From a virus: a stretch of DNA of 64,000 bases. Below the pieces are notes generated by a model. The model made no database searches and was not told the origin of the DNA. It worked only from the letters and a program-made list of their open reading frames with translations. Shown piece after piece: positions 32,867-42,373 of the stretch; position 1 is the stretch's first letter; each line of letters opens with the position of its first letter. The DNA lies in the IMG/VR virus record IMGVR_UViG_3300007609_001079, positions 37,662 to 101,661 of that record; one strand, given 5' to 3'. Both the position numbers and the translations under genes were made by a program.

Positions 32867-34138
32867 TTATTCTGTGAAGTTTAGTGTAGATTTAATATCT
32901 TCTAATCTTGATTGTATTTCATCAAATTGAGATATATTAGTTGGTCCAACTGCCGATGGTCCTGCTGGGGTATTAAATACTTGTTTTTTTATCTCATCAA
33001 TTAAATCATTTAGAACATCCACTAATTGTTGTCCTCTTACCAATGGTTCGGTTTTTTCTGTGGTATTTAAAAGTATGTTACCATTACCAGTATTGATAAA
33101 AACATTTCCGCTATTTCTATCAGTTGTAATATTAACATCACCACCAAAATCTAAATCCGCGCCACCATTTCCATTATCTATTGTAAACTTACCATCAGAG
33201 ATAAATCCATAATCTCCTTTAGAAAAGAATAACATCTTATCTGTTTTGGATGATATGGTAATACGGCCCGAATTTATTAAAACTTGGTCTAATCCTTCTG
33301 GTTCATCGGTTTCGGCATTAATTGGTTTGGTTTTAAAATCAGTTGAACCACCATCATCAATGGTTCCGGGCAAAAAACCTAATTTGTAATTGTTAGAAGA
33401 TAATACAATAGTAGAACCATCTTTGTTTACATCTTCTTCGGTTAAAGACCTCTTTTTTAATTTTTCAATAGATTCATCATTCTGTCTATTTCTTATAACA
33501 ATAGTTGGAGAAAATTCAGTATCATCTTTAGTACCATTATTATATGCAGAAAATCTAATAGATTGACCAAATCGAGATTCTATTATTTTATCTCCCTCAT
33601 ATAATTTTAATTTATTTATTTGAGTGGGACCAAAATAATCACCAAGAAGTTGCTTCCTATCGGTTGGTTCATTTCCATCAGAGGATTTTTTTGGTATGGA
33701 AGTTTGAGATGATTCCGAATAATCCTTTGATTTACTTTCAGATGGTTTTTCTGATTTACCATATAATGAAATATCGGCATCCTCTATTGCATTTCCTTTA
33801 TTAATATCAGCAGAATGAATTCTATCATAAAATCGATTACTACCATCTTTTAATATTCTAACAGTTTCTCCTCGTATAGGAATACCAACCGAATCATTGA
33901 ATGGCCTTGCAATGGGAAACTGTTTATTGTTGGAAACTAAATCTGTGGTTTCTCTTATGAAGATACAGCCTACTAAATCGGTATCAATTGATTCAACATC
34001 ATCTGATACATTTTCAAATTCAGCAATCCTTGGGTCTTTATCATCTAAAACCACATGGTCTACAATAGCGGTAGTCCATTGGCCGGGTGAGCCACCGAAT
34101 CTATTATTCTTTGATTGTGATTCTCTACTTCCCGCCAT
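32867..34138 (-). CDS. Baseplate hub/spike protein (gp5/VgrG-like)
   Basis: N-terminal OB-like IPIRGETV; EGDKIIESRFGQSIRF; beta-repeat C-terminus ending TPAGPS. Confidence 0.6.
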   Translation of the reverse strand: MAGSRESQSKNNRFGGSPGQWTTAIVDHVVLDDKDPRIAEFENVSDDVESIDTDLVGCIFIRETTDLVSNNKQFPIARPFNDSVGIPIRGETVRILKDGSNRFYDRIHSADINKGNAIEDADISLYGKSEKPSESKSKDYSESSQTSIPKKSSDGNEPTDRKQLLGDYFGPTQINKLKLYEGDKIIESRFGQSIRFSAYNNGTKDDTEFSPTIVIRNRQNDESIEKLKKRSLTEEDVNKDGSTIVLSSNNYKLGFLPGTIDDGGSTDFKTKPINAETDEPEGLDQVLINSGRITISSKTDKMLFFSKGDYGFISDGKFTIDNGNGGADLDFGGDVNITTDRNSGNVFINTGNGNILLNTTEKTEPLVRGQQLVDVLNDLIDEIKKQVFNTPAGPSAVGPTNISQFDEIQSRLEDIKSTLNFTE

Positions 34139-34550
34139 TACCTTTACCTACTCTTTGTTTTAGTTCTTCAATTTCGTTAGTAAGTGAATCAACTTTTAAA
34201 TCTTGTTCATCTGCAACTTCATTGACAGTATTTTCTAATTGTTGTAAAAGTTGTTCTTTTTCTTCATCGGATAAGAATCCAACATCTCCTTCTGCTTTGT
34301 GTTGGGCACCAATGATTCGTTGGGCAATTGCTGCCATCTTAATTAATGAATCATCGTTACGAACCGATGAATCAATTAAATCTTTTATAATAGGACCCAT
34401 CACTGCCATATCACCTGAATGACGGATAAGTTTTCTCATCTCAGCAATCAGTTCTGATATTCTAAGTTTCTTAGTTTGTTGGTTATCATATATATCCTTA
34501 AACAAACCACCAAGGTTCTTTCCAGGAAATAATTCAAAATCTGTACTCAT
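34125..34550 (-). CDS. Hypothetical helical late protein
   Basis: Late motif upstream; overlaps the hub gene. Confidence 0.6.
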   Translation of the reverse strand: MSTDFELFPGKNLGGLFKDIYDNQQTKKLRISELIAEMRKLIRHSGDMAVMGPIIKDLIDSSVRNDDSLIKMAAIAQRIIGAQHKAEGDVGFLSDEEKEQLLQQLENTVNEVADEQDLKVDSLTNEIEELKQRVGKGNGGK

Positions 34551-34589
34551 GATTTTACTATATTATGTTGTATATAAATATAGTAAAAC

Positions 34590-34617
34590 AAAAAACCCTC
34601 CATAATGGGAGGGTTTT
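34590..34617. terminator. Rho-independent terminator (potentially bidirectional)
   Basis: AAAAAACCCTCCC-ATAAT-GGGAGGGTTTT hairpin with A/T tracts on both sides. Confidence 0.85.
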
Positions 34618-34640
34618 GGAATAATCACTTTAGTCTACGA

Positions 34641-34952
34641 TTATTTATTATTGGATGCCAAACGTGTTTCTAAACGTTGTACCTTTCTTCGGAGTTGTTC
34701 CATCCTGATTTGATTATAAGTATATCGTTCGCCATTCTTCAGTTGAATCCAAACCAAGGTTCCCATGTTATACTCTGCCTTTGCATAATCAGATTTCCAA
34801 ATACCATCTTGTACATATTTGGTTCCATTGTAAATTAAGGTACCTTTTTGGATACCATCGTTTACTTTAATTTTTTCTTTGATTACCTCTACCTCTTGTG
34901 AGAATGCAATTGTTGTAAAGAGGAGAAGTAATAGTGTACTAAGTTTTCTCAT
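34641..34952 (-). CDS. Small secreted protein (SPI signal peptide)
   Basis: MRKLSTLLLLLFTTIAFSQ: signal peptide with +1 Gln, typical of Bacteroidota. Confidence 0.65.
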   Translation of the reverse strand: MRKLSTLLLLLFTTIAFSQEVEVIKEKIKVNDGIQKGTLIYNGTKYVQDGIWKSDYAKAEYNMGTLVWIQLKNGERYTYNQIRMEQLRRKVQRLETRLASNNK

Positions 34953-35022
34953 AATATATTCCTCTTTATTATAAATATGGGAATGTTAAGAAAACGTTAA
35001 ATAATGTTAAGGGAATGTTAAG

Positions 35023-36729
35023 TTAAAATATTTTCTTCTTTACAATAAAGTTACCAAGAACCAATGTATCCATTTCACAATCTAAGAAAGTTTTGATTGC
35101 CGTTAAAGGGTCTAACACCATTGTCTGGTCTTTTAGATTGAATGAAGTATTTAAAACCATTGGATACCCATTATCCTTTTCGAGTTGTTGTAATAACTTA
35201 TACATTCTTCTGTGGTGATTGTTGGATACTGATTGTATTCTTGCAGAACCATCAATGTGAGTAATTGCAGGAAGATACTTTTGATGTTCTTCTTTTACCT
35301 TTACCACTTGGTTCATATAAGGAACTACTTTATCGTAATGGAAGTAACGAGTTTGTTCTTCTAACTTTACCATTGGAGCGAATGGTCTGAACCCTTCACG
35401 TTTTTTAATTACTCGATTTACTCTTGCCTTCATTTGTGGGTCACATGGATTTGCAAGTATCGAACGATTACCTAATGCTCGCGAACCAAATTCCATAGGA
35501 CCCTCGAACCAACCCACCACATTACCTTCAGTAATTTGTTTGGATATAATTGGTATAAGTTCTGAATCTATTTTATGTTGGTAATATACTTCACTCTTCA
35601 TTGAAATTAAAACTTCTTCCATTTCTTCTCTTGAATAAGAAGGACCTAAGTAAGGATTAGTATTATCAATTCTTGGTGAATCTGGGTTGGTTCTATAAAA
35701 GAATTCTAACGCACAACCAATAGCAGAACCTGCATCAGATGGTGCAGATGGAATCCATAATTGTTTGTATAAAGATTTCTCTAAGATTTTCCCATTAGCA
35801 GTTCCGTTGTATGCACATCCCCCACTTAAACATAAGTTAGTAGTTGAACGAGTAACATATAACTTATCAATTAAACGAAATAACAAAAACTCATATTCGT
35901 GTTGTAAGGTTGCCGCTAAATCTTTATGGTCTTGAGTAAGTTCTTCTTCGGGAAATCTATTTGGTAATCCCAACAAAGAACTCAACTTCTCATTAAACAT
36001 GTGGTCATCTGACCAATCATAAGTAAAATATTTCATATCCAATTCAAATCCACCATCTTTAGTAGTTTTGTAAAGTTTCTGAAATTGTTTTAAATAGGTT
36101 TCGTGATTTCCATACGGAGCCAATCCCATTACCTTATACTCACCTTCATTAGGTTTAAATCCAAGAAAAGCAGTAAAGGCAGAATATAACATCCCCAATG
36201 AATGAGGGAAATTAATCGATTGTAGAGGGAATAATTTATTTCCTTCTCCATAATATAGAGAAGTTGTTTCCCACTCCCCTACACCATCTACCGAAAGAAT
36301 AGAGGACTTTTGGAATGGAGATGTAAAGTAAGAATATGCAACGTGAGATAAATGATGGTCTCCATACTCAATATCTACATAAGGATGTGTGATTTCAAGT
36401 ATCTGTTGTTCGATTTCTTCGAACTTTTCTTTATTACGTTGGATGATTTCTAAACGATGTTCTTTCTCAGATTTAGGTCCTCGTTTAGTTGATTGTTCAA
36501 TTCTATCTAATTTAATTTTTGGATTATCGTAAAAACAAACATCGGTAATTTCTCTACCATCAACGTTAAATTTTTTCTTTAACCAATTAATAGTATTAGT
36601 AGGGAAGGATGAATCGTGTTTGATACCCGTGAATCTTTCTTCTTCACAAGCACCCAACACTTTTCCATCTTTTAATAAGGCTGCGGCTGAATCATGGTAT
36701 CCACAACTAATTCCTAATATATAACTCAT
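35023..36729 (-). CDS. Carbamoyltransferase (NodU/CmcH family)
   Basis: GYHDSAAAL...EEERF, HHLSH, DGVGE, GEYKVMGLAPYG, EFGSRALGNRSIL, KKREGFRPFAP, LNTSFN. Confidence 0.93.
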   Translation of the reverse strand: MSYILGISCGYHDSAAALLKDGKVLGACEEERFTGIKHDSSFPTNTINWLKKKFNVDGREITDVCFYDNPKIKLDRIEQSTKRGPKSEKEHRLEIIQRNKEKFEEIEQQILEITHPYVDIEYGDHHLSHVAYSYFTSPFQKSSILSVDGVGEWETTSLYYGEGNKLFPLQSINFPHSLGMLYSAFTAFLGFKPNEGEYKVMGLAPYGNHETYLKQFQKLYKTTKDGGFELDMKYFTYDWSDDHMFNEKLSSLLGLPNRFPEEELTQDHKDLAATLQHEYEFLLFRLIDKLYVTRSTTNLCLSGGCAYNGTANGKILEKSLYKQLWIPSAPSDAGSAIGCALEFFYRTNPDSPRIDNTNPYLGPSYSREEMEEVLISMKSEVYYQHKIDSELIPIISKQITEGNVVGWFEGPMEFGSRALGNRSILANPCDPQMKARVNRVIKKREGFRPFAPMVKLEEQTRYFHYDKVVPYMNQVVKVKEEHQKYLPAITHIDGSARIQSVSNNHHRRMYKLLQQLEKDNGYPMVLNTSFNLKDQTMVLDPLTAIKTFLDCEMDTLVLGNFIVKKKIF

Positions 36730-36801
36730 TGATATTTTTTGTATTTATGTATAAATATACTTTCCAATAAAAATTAAAAGTATTATTATAATTAGAATAT
36801 T

Positions 36802-37578
36802 TTATAAAAAATCCTCATCTATATATGGATTTGAATCTTGGTAATCATCTTGAGTAGGCGCTTGCCAAAATTCTTTCTTTTTTGGTTCTCTAAACTCACC
36901 ATGTTCTAAATAATCATTTAACATTATCTTTTGGTGTTGTTTCATGGTATTAACAACTTTTGTAATGTAATGAGTCTTACAATCTGTCATTTCTCTTACC
37001 AAAAGATAAAGATGTTTTTTATTGAAGTTTTCAATATGTTCACTTCTACGAAACAATTCTAAGATTGCATCTGCAATTTGTAAATCACGTTTTTTGGTAA
37101 AGATAGAATTTAAATTTCTATCCCAATAATCCAACATAATATATTTGAATTCCTTAAACTCACCTGCCTCAGTAGTATCATCAAAATCATTTTCAGGATT
37201 CCAAGTTTCAGGCATCTCAGAAATCAAAGCATTTTGTTTCCATCTTTTGTAATTACCATTGTTAGCTAAAATTAAATGGTTCTTAGCAATGATAGTAAAG
37301 TATGAGAAAGCTCTACCCTTTCCTTCTTGGAACATATGCATCTTTTCTACCATAGTAGAAACTACTTCGGTTTGCATATCTTTTTTAGGAACATCAAAAT
37401 AAGAAAACTTAAATGTATTAATTACATTCTCTGCTAATTTTTCAAAAGGGTACTTAATACGTTCTGCGTAAATCTTAGAACGTTTCTTAGGGTCTTTACA
37501 ATTGTTATACTCTACTATCGCTTCTTGTGCAGGTGTACCAAAATAAATTTTGGATTTTTTTCTTCTCTTTTTAGCCAT
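36802..37578 (-). CDS. Phage late sigma factor (T4 gp55-like)
   Basis: Region-2-like KLAENVINTFKF...KGRAFSYFTIIAKN, matching gp55-type AF(S/A)YFT. Confidence 0.7.
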   Translation of the reverse strand: MAKKRRKKSKIYFGTPAQEAIVEYNNCKDPKKRSKIYAERIKYPFEKLAENVINTFKFSYFDVPKKDMQTEVVSTMVEKMHMFQEGKGRAFSYFTIIAKNHLILANNGNYKRWKQNALISEMPETWNPENDFDDTTEAGEFKEFKYIMLDYWDRNLNSIFTKKRDLQIADAILELFRRSEHIENFNKKHLYLLVREMTDCKTHYITKVVNTMKQHQKIMLNDYLEHGEFREPKKKEFWQAPTQDDYQDSNPYIDEDFL

Positions 37579-37580
37579 TA

Positions 37581-37844
37581 TTATAATGATTCGTTTAAAT
37601 CTTCTACTACTTTTTTAAGTTGTGAAAAGGTTTCACCAACCTCATCATCTTTTTCGAAAGCTTGTCTTGTATCAATTTCTTGCATTTTCTCAAGAGCAGT
37701 TAATACTTTAGATTGGGTATCTTTAATAGTCCCAACTAATCTATCCTCAAGTTGTTCGTTCTGTCTTAATAGATTCCGAACCCCTATAAGGAATACTAAA
37801 TTAACTACACCTGATGCAATCAATCCAATTAAAATGTAATCCAT
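37581..37844 (-). CDS. Single-pass membrane protein with coiled coil
   Basis: N-terminal hydrophobic helix YILIGLIASGVVNLVFLIGV. Confidence 0.6.
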   Translation of the reverse strand: MDYILIGLIASGVVNLVFLIGVRNLLRQNEQLEDRLVGTIKDTQSKVLTALEKMQEIDTRQAFEKDDEVGETFSQLKKVVEDLNESL

Positions 37845-37845
37845 A

Positions 37846-38433
37846 TTATTCTAAATTTAATTCGTAACCTGAGAATAATCTCATATATTTGGTAATCGGT
37901 GTTCCATTTCCATCTTTGAAAACTTCTCCCTTTCTAAACCACTTAATCACATTACCAGCTCCACCAAGATGTGCAGCTGCAAGTACACCACTTTCTGTAA
38001 CATAAATTCCATGTAGAGATTTATTATTATATTTTTTAATAAATCTTCGAAGTGTTCTTTTATTAGAAGTTAACAATTTAGTCATAGCTTCTTCTTGTAA
38101 AGTGGGCGAATTTAAAAACTTTTTCTTAGTAGTCTTAATACCAATAGCCTTTAAAGTAGATATATGAAATTGATATCTTCCCATATATCCCCAACGATTT
38201 ACTTTAGAGTAATTGTTTCCACTTTCAAAATTTCCAAGTTTACTTAAAAAAGTAGTATGGTTCTTTAAATTAATTTCAACTTTAGGAACCTCTACTTTAG
38301 GTTCTATAACTTTAATTGAAATTGGTTCTATTGTTTCTATTGGTTCTTGCCATTCTAAAACTATCTCATGGGCTTTAAAAGCCATTAGACATAGTGAAAT
38401 GGTAACAATGAATGATAAAAAAAAGTGTCTCAT
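37846..38433 (-). CDS. Lysozyme-like / lytic transglycosylase with N-terminal signal anchor
   Basis: FESGNNY (catalytic ES), GYMGRYQF, LAAAHLGGAG. Confidence 0.75.
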   Translation of the reverse strand: MRHFFLSFIVTISLCLMAFKAHEIVLEWQEPIETIEPISIKVIEPKVEVPKVEINLKNHTTFLSKLGNFESGNNYSKVNRWGYMGRYQFHISTLKAIGIKTTKKKFLNSPTLQEEAMTKLLTSNKRTLRRFIKKYNNKSLHGIYVTESGVLAAAHLGGAGNVIKWFRKGEVFKDGNGTPITKYMRLFSGYELNLE

Positions 38434-38461
38434 GTGAATAGTTCCTCGATAATACTTCGTA

Positions 38462-38495
38462 ACAAAGATACGAAATAATTCTTACATAACCAAAT
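38462..38495 (-). promoter_or_regulatory. Bacteroidota sigma-A-type promoter
   Basis: Minus strand TTTGGTTATGTAAGAATTATTTCGTATCTTTG. Confidence 0.75.
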
Positions 38496-38509
38496 GTTTC
38501 TTCAGATTT

Positions 38510-38752
38510 CTAACATTCTCCTATGGGCCCAAAGTATAATGACCCTAAATCTAATTCAGATTTTTGTTGTTCTTTTATTTCTTCTATATACTTTTCTTGG
38601 TCTAAAACATAATTATCAATGAACTCGTTAAGTTCTTCATCACTAATTACATTTTTTTCCACCAAAACATCACATAAGGCATCTATAATAGCACCTTGTT
38701 GTAATACTTGTTTTGCTAAATCTCTAATTATCTCGTTTGATACTGAGCTCAT
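38510..38752 (-). CDS. Hypothetical protein
   Basis: ORF in operon; acidic. Confidence 0.6.
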   Translation of the reverse strand: MSSVSNEIIRDLAKQVLQQGAIIDALCDVLVEKNVISDEELNEFIDNYVLDQEKYIEEIKEQQKSELDLGSLYFGPIGEC

Positions 38753-38978
38753 CTAATAAATCTTTTAGTGTGTTCTTATCTTCATCTCCAAATACTAAAT
38801 CACCAAACCCACGATTTATGGAATTTTCACTATAACCCATAGCCGAAGCTAATCTAACACACATAACCTTGTACTCGTTGATATCCATATCATCAGGTAC
38901 TGTTAATTCTATTTGTGAAGCCTCACGATTGAACTCAATCATATCATCATCGGTATATTTAAATATAAGTTTTCCCAT
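38724..38978 (-). CDS. Hypothetical protein
   Basis: ORF in operon. Confidence 0.6.
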   Translation of the reverse strand: MGKLIFKYTDDDMIEFNREASQIELTVPDDMDINEYKVMCVRLASAMGYSENSINRGFGDLVFGDEDKNTLKDLLDELSIKRDN

Positions 38979-38990
38979 CTTTTCGTTTAT

Positions 38991-39602
38991 TTATAAGATT
39001 TCACATCCAATTGCAAGAAGAGATTCAGCCTTCTTGTACTTCATAAATTCAGTTTTACCATCAGGTAATTTTACCATTACTCGTTCGTTTCTACCATATT
39101 TTTTAGGGGCAGTAACGGTGGTTGTATATCTTCTAACTTTATCGGTGATTAGAATCCCATTAAGGTGGTCTATCTCGTGTTGAGCACAAACTGTTTCCAA
39201 TAACCCTTCATCAGAAAAGAACTCGTTAGAATCCTTCCATTCGTTTGAATCAGGTGAGAAGATTACAGTTCCTAAGTTATCACACTCAACTGTAAATGAT
39301 TTATGCCTTACTGTCTTAACAGGTTTCTTAATAGTTTTATCTAATGATAAACATTGTTCTACATACGCAACCGTTTCTTTAGAAACTTCAGTTACAACTG
39401 GGTTGATTAGAACCAATGGTTCTTTTACATTAATAACACATGCACGAACATCTAAACCAATCTGATTTGCCGATAACCCAATACCACCATGTTTTGCTAA
39501 ACTATCTAATAATTTTGTAGAGATATCATCTATCTCCTCTTGTGTCATCGGTTTATTTACCAATGGTGTTCTTAACTTGTTTGGGTCTTTAATTAACTTC
39601 AT
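38991..39602 (-). CDS. def: Peptide deformylase
   Basis: GIGLSANQIG, EQCLS (variant of EGCLS), QHEIDHLNG. Confidence 0.92.
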   Translation of the reverse strand: MKLIKDPNKLRTPLVNKPMTQEEIDDISTKLLDSLAKHGGIGLSANQIGLDVRACVINVKEPLVLINPVVTEVSKETVAYVEQCLSLDKTIKKPVKTVRHKSFTVECDNLGTVIFSPDSNEWKDSNEFFSDEGLLETVCAQHEIDHLNGILITDKVRRYTTTVTAPKKYGRNERVMVKLPDGKTEFMKYKKAESLLAIGCEIL

Positions 39603-39828
39603 CGAATAATTCTAATTGGTTTGTAACTAATTTTCTTGTTGAAGTATCTTCACCCCAACCACGAACATAAACAGTCTTACCACCATCAGGTGATTCGTAA
39701 ATCTTCGCATCTTTCATTTCTTCTTTTAACTTATCAAAGTTGTTTTTATTTTGTAAATAAATTTCTCTGATTTTACTACCGAGTTCCATATCATTTGGAT
39801 ACTCTTTTACTAATTTTTCTATATCCAT
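39589..39828 (-). CDS. Hypothetical protein
   Basis: YPNDMELG and IYESPDGGKTVY motifs typical of small phage proteins; start adjusted to MDIEK. Confidence 0.6.
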   Translation of the reverse strand: MDIEKLVKEYPNDMELGSKIREIYLQNKNNFDKLKEEMKDAKIYESPDGGKTVYVRGWGEDTSTRKLVTNQLELFDEVN

Positions 39829-39829
39829 C

Positions 39830-40300
39830 TTATTCTGCAATATTTAAATATTTTTCTAATAACCAAGATGATGATTGAACTTTATCACCAAGTCCCCATA
39901 CTGAATCTATTCCAAAACCTTCACATACATCATTTTCTGGAGTAGTAGTTTCGGTTCTATCACCACCATTACCAAATGCCATTACACCTTTTGGTAAATC
40001 ACCATTTTCTTTAATGTATTTGTATCTTGCCTTTTCGATAAAATCAATTGCAGTGGTATCATCATATTGTTTTGGATTCATAATATAAACCCAATCAACA
40101 TTTTTAAGATTAGACATGACGAAGGCTCTTTCTTTTTCATCCATAAATGATTTACCTTTTTTCTGTTTTAACCATCTATCATTATTTAATCCAACCCAAA
40201 CTTCATCAGCAAGTTCTTTGGCTTGATTAATACATTCAATGTGTCCTCGATGGACAGGGTCAAACCCACCCGATAATAATATAACTTTATACTTCTTCAT
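39830..40300 (-). CDS. Cytidylyltransferase/nucleotidyltransferase (RfaE domain II / TagD-like)
   Basis: SGGFDPVHRGH (HxGH), GLNND, FGNGGDR, KVQSSS. Confidence 0.85.
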   Translation of the reverse strand: MKKYKVILLSGGFDPVHRGHIECINQAKELADEVWVGLNNDRWLKQKKGKSFMDEKERAFVMSNLKNVDWVYIMNPKQYDDTTAIDFIEKARYKYIKENGDLPKGVMAFGNGGDRTETTTPENDVCEGFGIDSVWGLGDKVQSSSWLLEKYLNIAE

Positions 40301-40352
40301 ATTGTATTTGTTTTATAATGTAAAGATACGAAATATTTTTGGATTTACCAAA

Positions 40353-41318
40353 TTATTTCCAAGAAAATCCACAACCCATATGACCAAACTTAGCAGTGTC
40401 AGCAAAGATTGGTTCTCTCAATCCTAAGAAATCAATAATACCCTGTGGTGAAAGGTCATACCCATGTATCTTGGTTTCTTTCCCATCAATCACTGCAGTT
40501 GCTTGTAATGGTTCATCGTATCCAATAGCATATGCAAGTTGAACAAATACCTCTTGTGCCTCTGAATTTTGTTCCAAGATATCTACTGCAACTCTACGAG
40601 CCATATATGCTGCACTTCTATCAACTTTGGTAGAATCTTTACCACTAAACGCACCCCCACCAATTGGAATACGAGGACCGTAATTATCAACCGCTAGTTT
40701 TCTACCTGTTAAACCGGCATCAGCAGTAAAACCACCAATGTTCCAATCCCCGGCTGGATTCACATGGATTTGTTCTAAAGTGTATTGTGGGTATTGGTTA
40801 AAGAACTCATTTACCAAAGTATAAAGTTCGGTGTTCTTTGCATTTTGAAATGATGCAACCACTCTTGTACGATTTCTATCCAAAGTGATTTGCGTTTTAC
40901 CATCAAATGGAAACTTCTCAAAGATGAACTTATTGAGTTCTCTTGCAAGGAAGTATTCTTGTGGAAGGTATTGGTCATTCTCTCTACAAGCATAACCAGT
41001 CATAATCCCTTGGTCACCTGCACCACCAGTATCAACTCCTTGAGAAATTTCAGGTGATTGAGTGTTGAGATTAATCATAACCGTGATGTTATCATCAGTA
41101 GTAATAGTTCTTACCACATTAGTGATTTGTTCTTTCGATATAATTGCAGTTGAAGTAACCTCCCCTGTAATATAAACCATACCATTACCACCAGCGGTTT
41201 CAATTGCCACTCGTGAATTTGGGTCTTGTTTTAAATATAAATCTAATAGTGTGTCTGAAATTCTATCACACATTTTATCTGGATGCATCGGAGATACACA
41301 TTCTGCTGTTCTTATCAT
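40353..41318 (-). CDS. metK: S-adenosylmethionine synthetase
   Basis: HPDKMCDRISD, GAGDQG, DAGLTGRK, GGGAFSGKD, KVDRSAAY. Confidence 0.95.
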   Translation of the reverse strand: MIRTAECVSPMHPDKMCDRISDTLLDLYLKQDPNSRVAIETAGGNGMVYITGEVTSTAIISKEQITNVVRTITTDDNITVMINLNTQSPEISQGVDTGGAGDQGIMTGYACRENDQYLPQEYFLARELNKFIFEKFPFDGKTQITLDRNRTRVVASFQNAKNTELYTLVNEFFNQYPQYTLEQIHVNPAGDWNIGGFTADAGLTGRKLAVDNYGPRIPIGGGAFSGKDSTKVDRSAAYMARRVAVDILEQNSEAQEVFVQLAYAIGYDEPLQATAVIDGKETKIHGYDLSPQGIIDFLGLREPIFADTAKFGHMGCGFSWK

Positions 41319-41328
41319 AACTTTTATT

Positions 41329-42369
41329 TTATATTATATTAGTTTTACTTATAATTTCATTATCCATATCAACAAACTCCCAATACTCAAGATTATATAT
41401 ACCATCTTGTGCATATTTCTTACATAATGTTTGATTGTGAAGTAATGTTGGTATCATCTCTATATAAATGTTTTCTAATTCTTGTATGGATAACGATGAT
41501 ATATAATCTATATTTTTTTTAATTAATTTAATTCGTTTTTTATAATCACTTTCCAAGTCATAACTTTCATCCCACCACTTATTAAATGTTTTAAAACCAT
41601 AATTATGTAACGTTTTTAAATAATTTGGCCCAGATACTAATATAAATGGTTGACCCGCTGTAAAACATTTATCTGTTTTTTCTGTTATATGAATAGATTT
41701 ATTATAAGTAGTTGTTTCGGTTACAATATTACAAAATGATTTAGTTTGATGAGGTGATACAAATCCTCGAGCAAATAAAGTTTTATAAAACGGTATTTGT
41801 AAATCATCCAATACTAAGTGTCTTTCATTGGTTGGTTCTTCTGGAGCAAATGATAAATATGAATCATTTTTATAATTTTTAATTAAAAAATCAAACATAT
41901 CTCGTCTATGTGGCTTATCCACTCGATTTAGACAAATAAACTTTTTTTTAAATTTTCTTGGTTTTATGGTCTTGGGATGGATACTCGTATATCCAAACAT
42001 CATGGGATATGAGTGAAATTTAAAACCATCTTCTTTATATTTAGTTGGATATAAATCGTTATCAACAAAATACAATTGGTCTGATTTATTTAATTCTTTG
42101 AATGCATCTACTATAACTTTTTTAAAAAAAATACTTTGGGTTTTTATTTTCGCAGATTCAGCATGTTCAAACCACCAAAAATCATAATTTTTATATTCTG
42201 AAATTATATTCTTAATAACGTTTTTAATAAAATCCAAATCATCATATATGTGTGTCTTATTAAAATAACGTATAGGTAAATTATAATTTTTATTAAAACA
42301 TAGCTTAGATATATCAATTATATCTTTACGATTCGATTTACAAAAAGATAAAGTATCATATCCAACCAT
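41329..42369 (-). CDS. Glycosyltransferase-like accessory protein
   Basis: FICLNR...HR, IVTET...ITEKT...PFIL...GFKTF...DESYD; paralogue of 13847..14890. Confidence 0.45.
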   Translation of the reverse strand: MVGYDTLSFCKSNRKDIIDISKLCFNKNYNLPIRYFNKTHIYDDLDFIKNVIKNIISEYKNYDFWWFEHAESAKIKTQSIFFKKVIVDAFKELNKSDQLYFVDNDLYPTKYKEDGFKFHSYPMMFGYTSIHPKTIKPRKFKKKFICLNRVDKPHRRDMFDFLIKNYKNDSYLSFAPEEPTNERHLVLDDLQIPFYKTLFARGFVSPHQTKSFCNIVTETTTYNKSIHITEKTDKCFTAGQPFILVSGPNYLKTLHNYGFKTFNKWWDESYDLESDYKKRIKLIKKNIDYISSLSIQELENIYIEMIPTLLHNQTLCKKYAQDGIYNLEYWEFVDMDNEIISKTNII

Positions 42370-42373
42370 ATAC

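Noticed and set aside
35023-36729. Carbamoyltransferase as a definite DNA-hypermodification enzyme
   Set aside because: No dCMP hydroxymethylase/thymidylate-synthase partner is in the window, and the gene has a late motif; the substrate is left open.
40811-40993. 60-aa ORF inside metK (likewise 12877..13092 inside the primase)
   Set aside because: Out-of-frame overlaps of well-supported genes.
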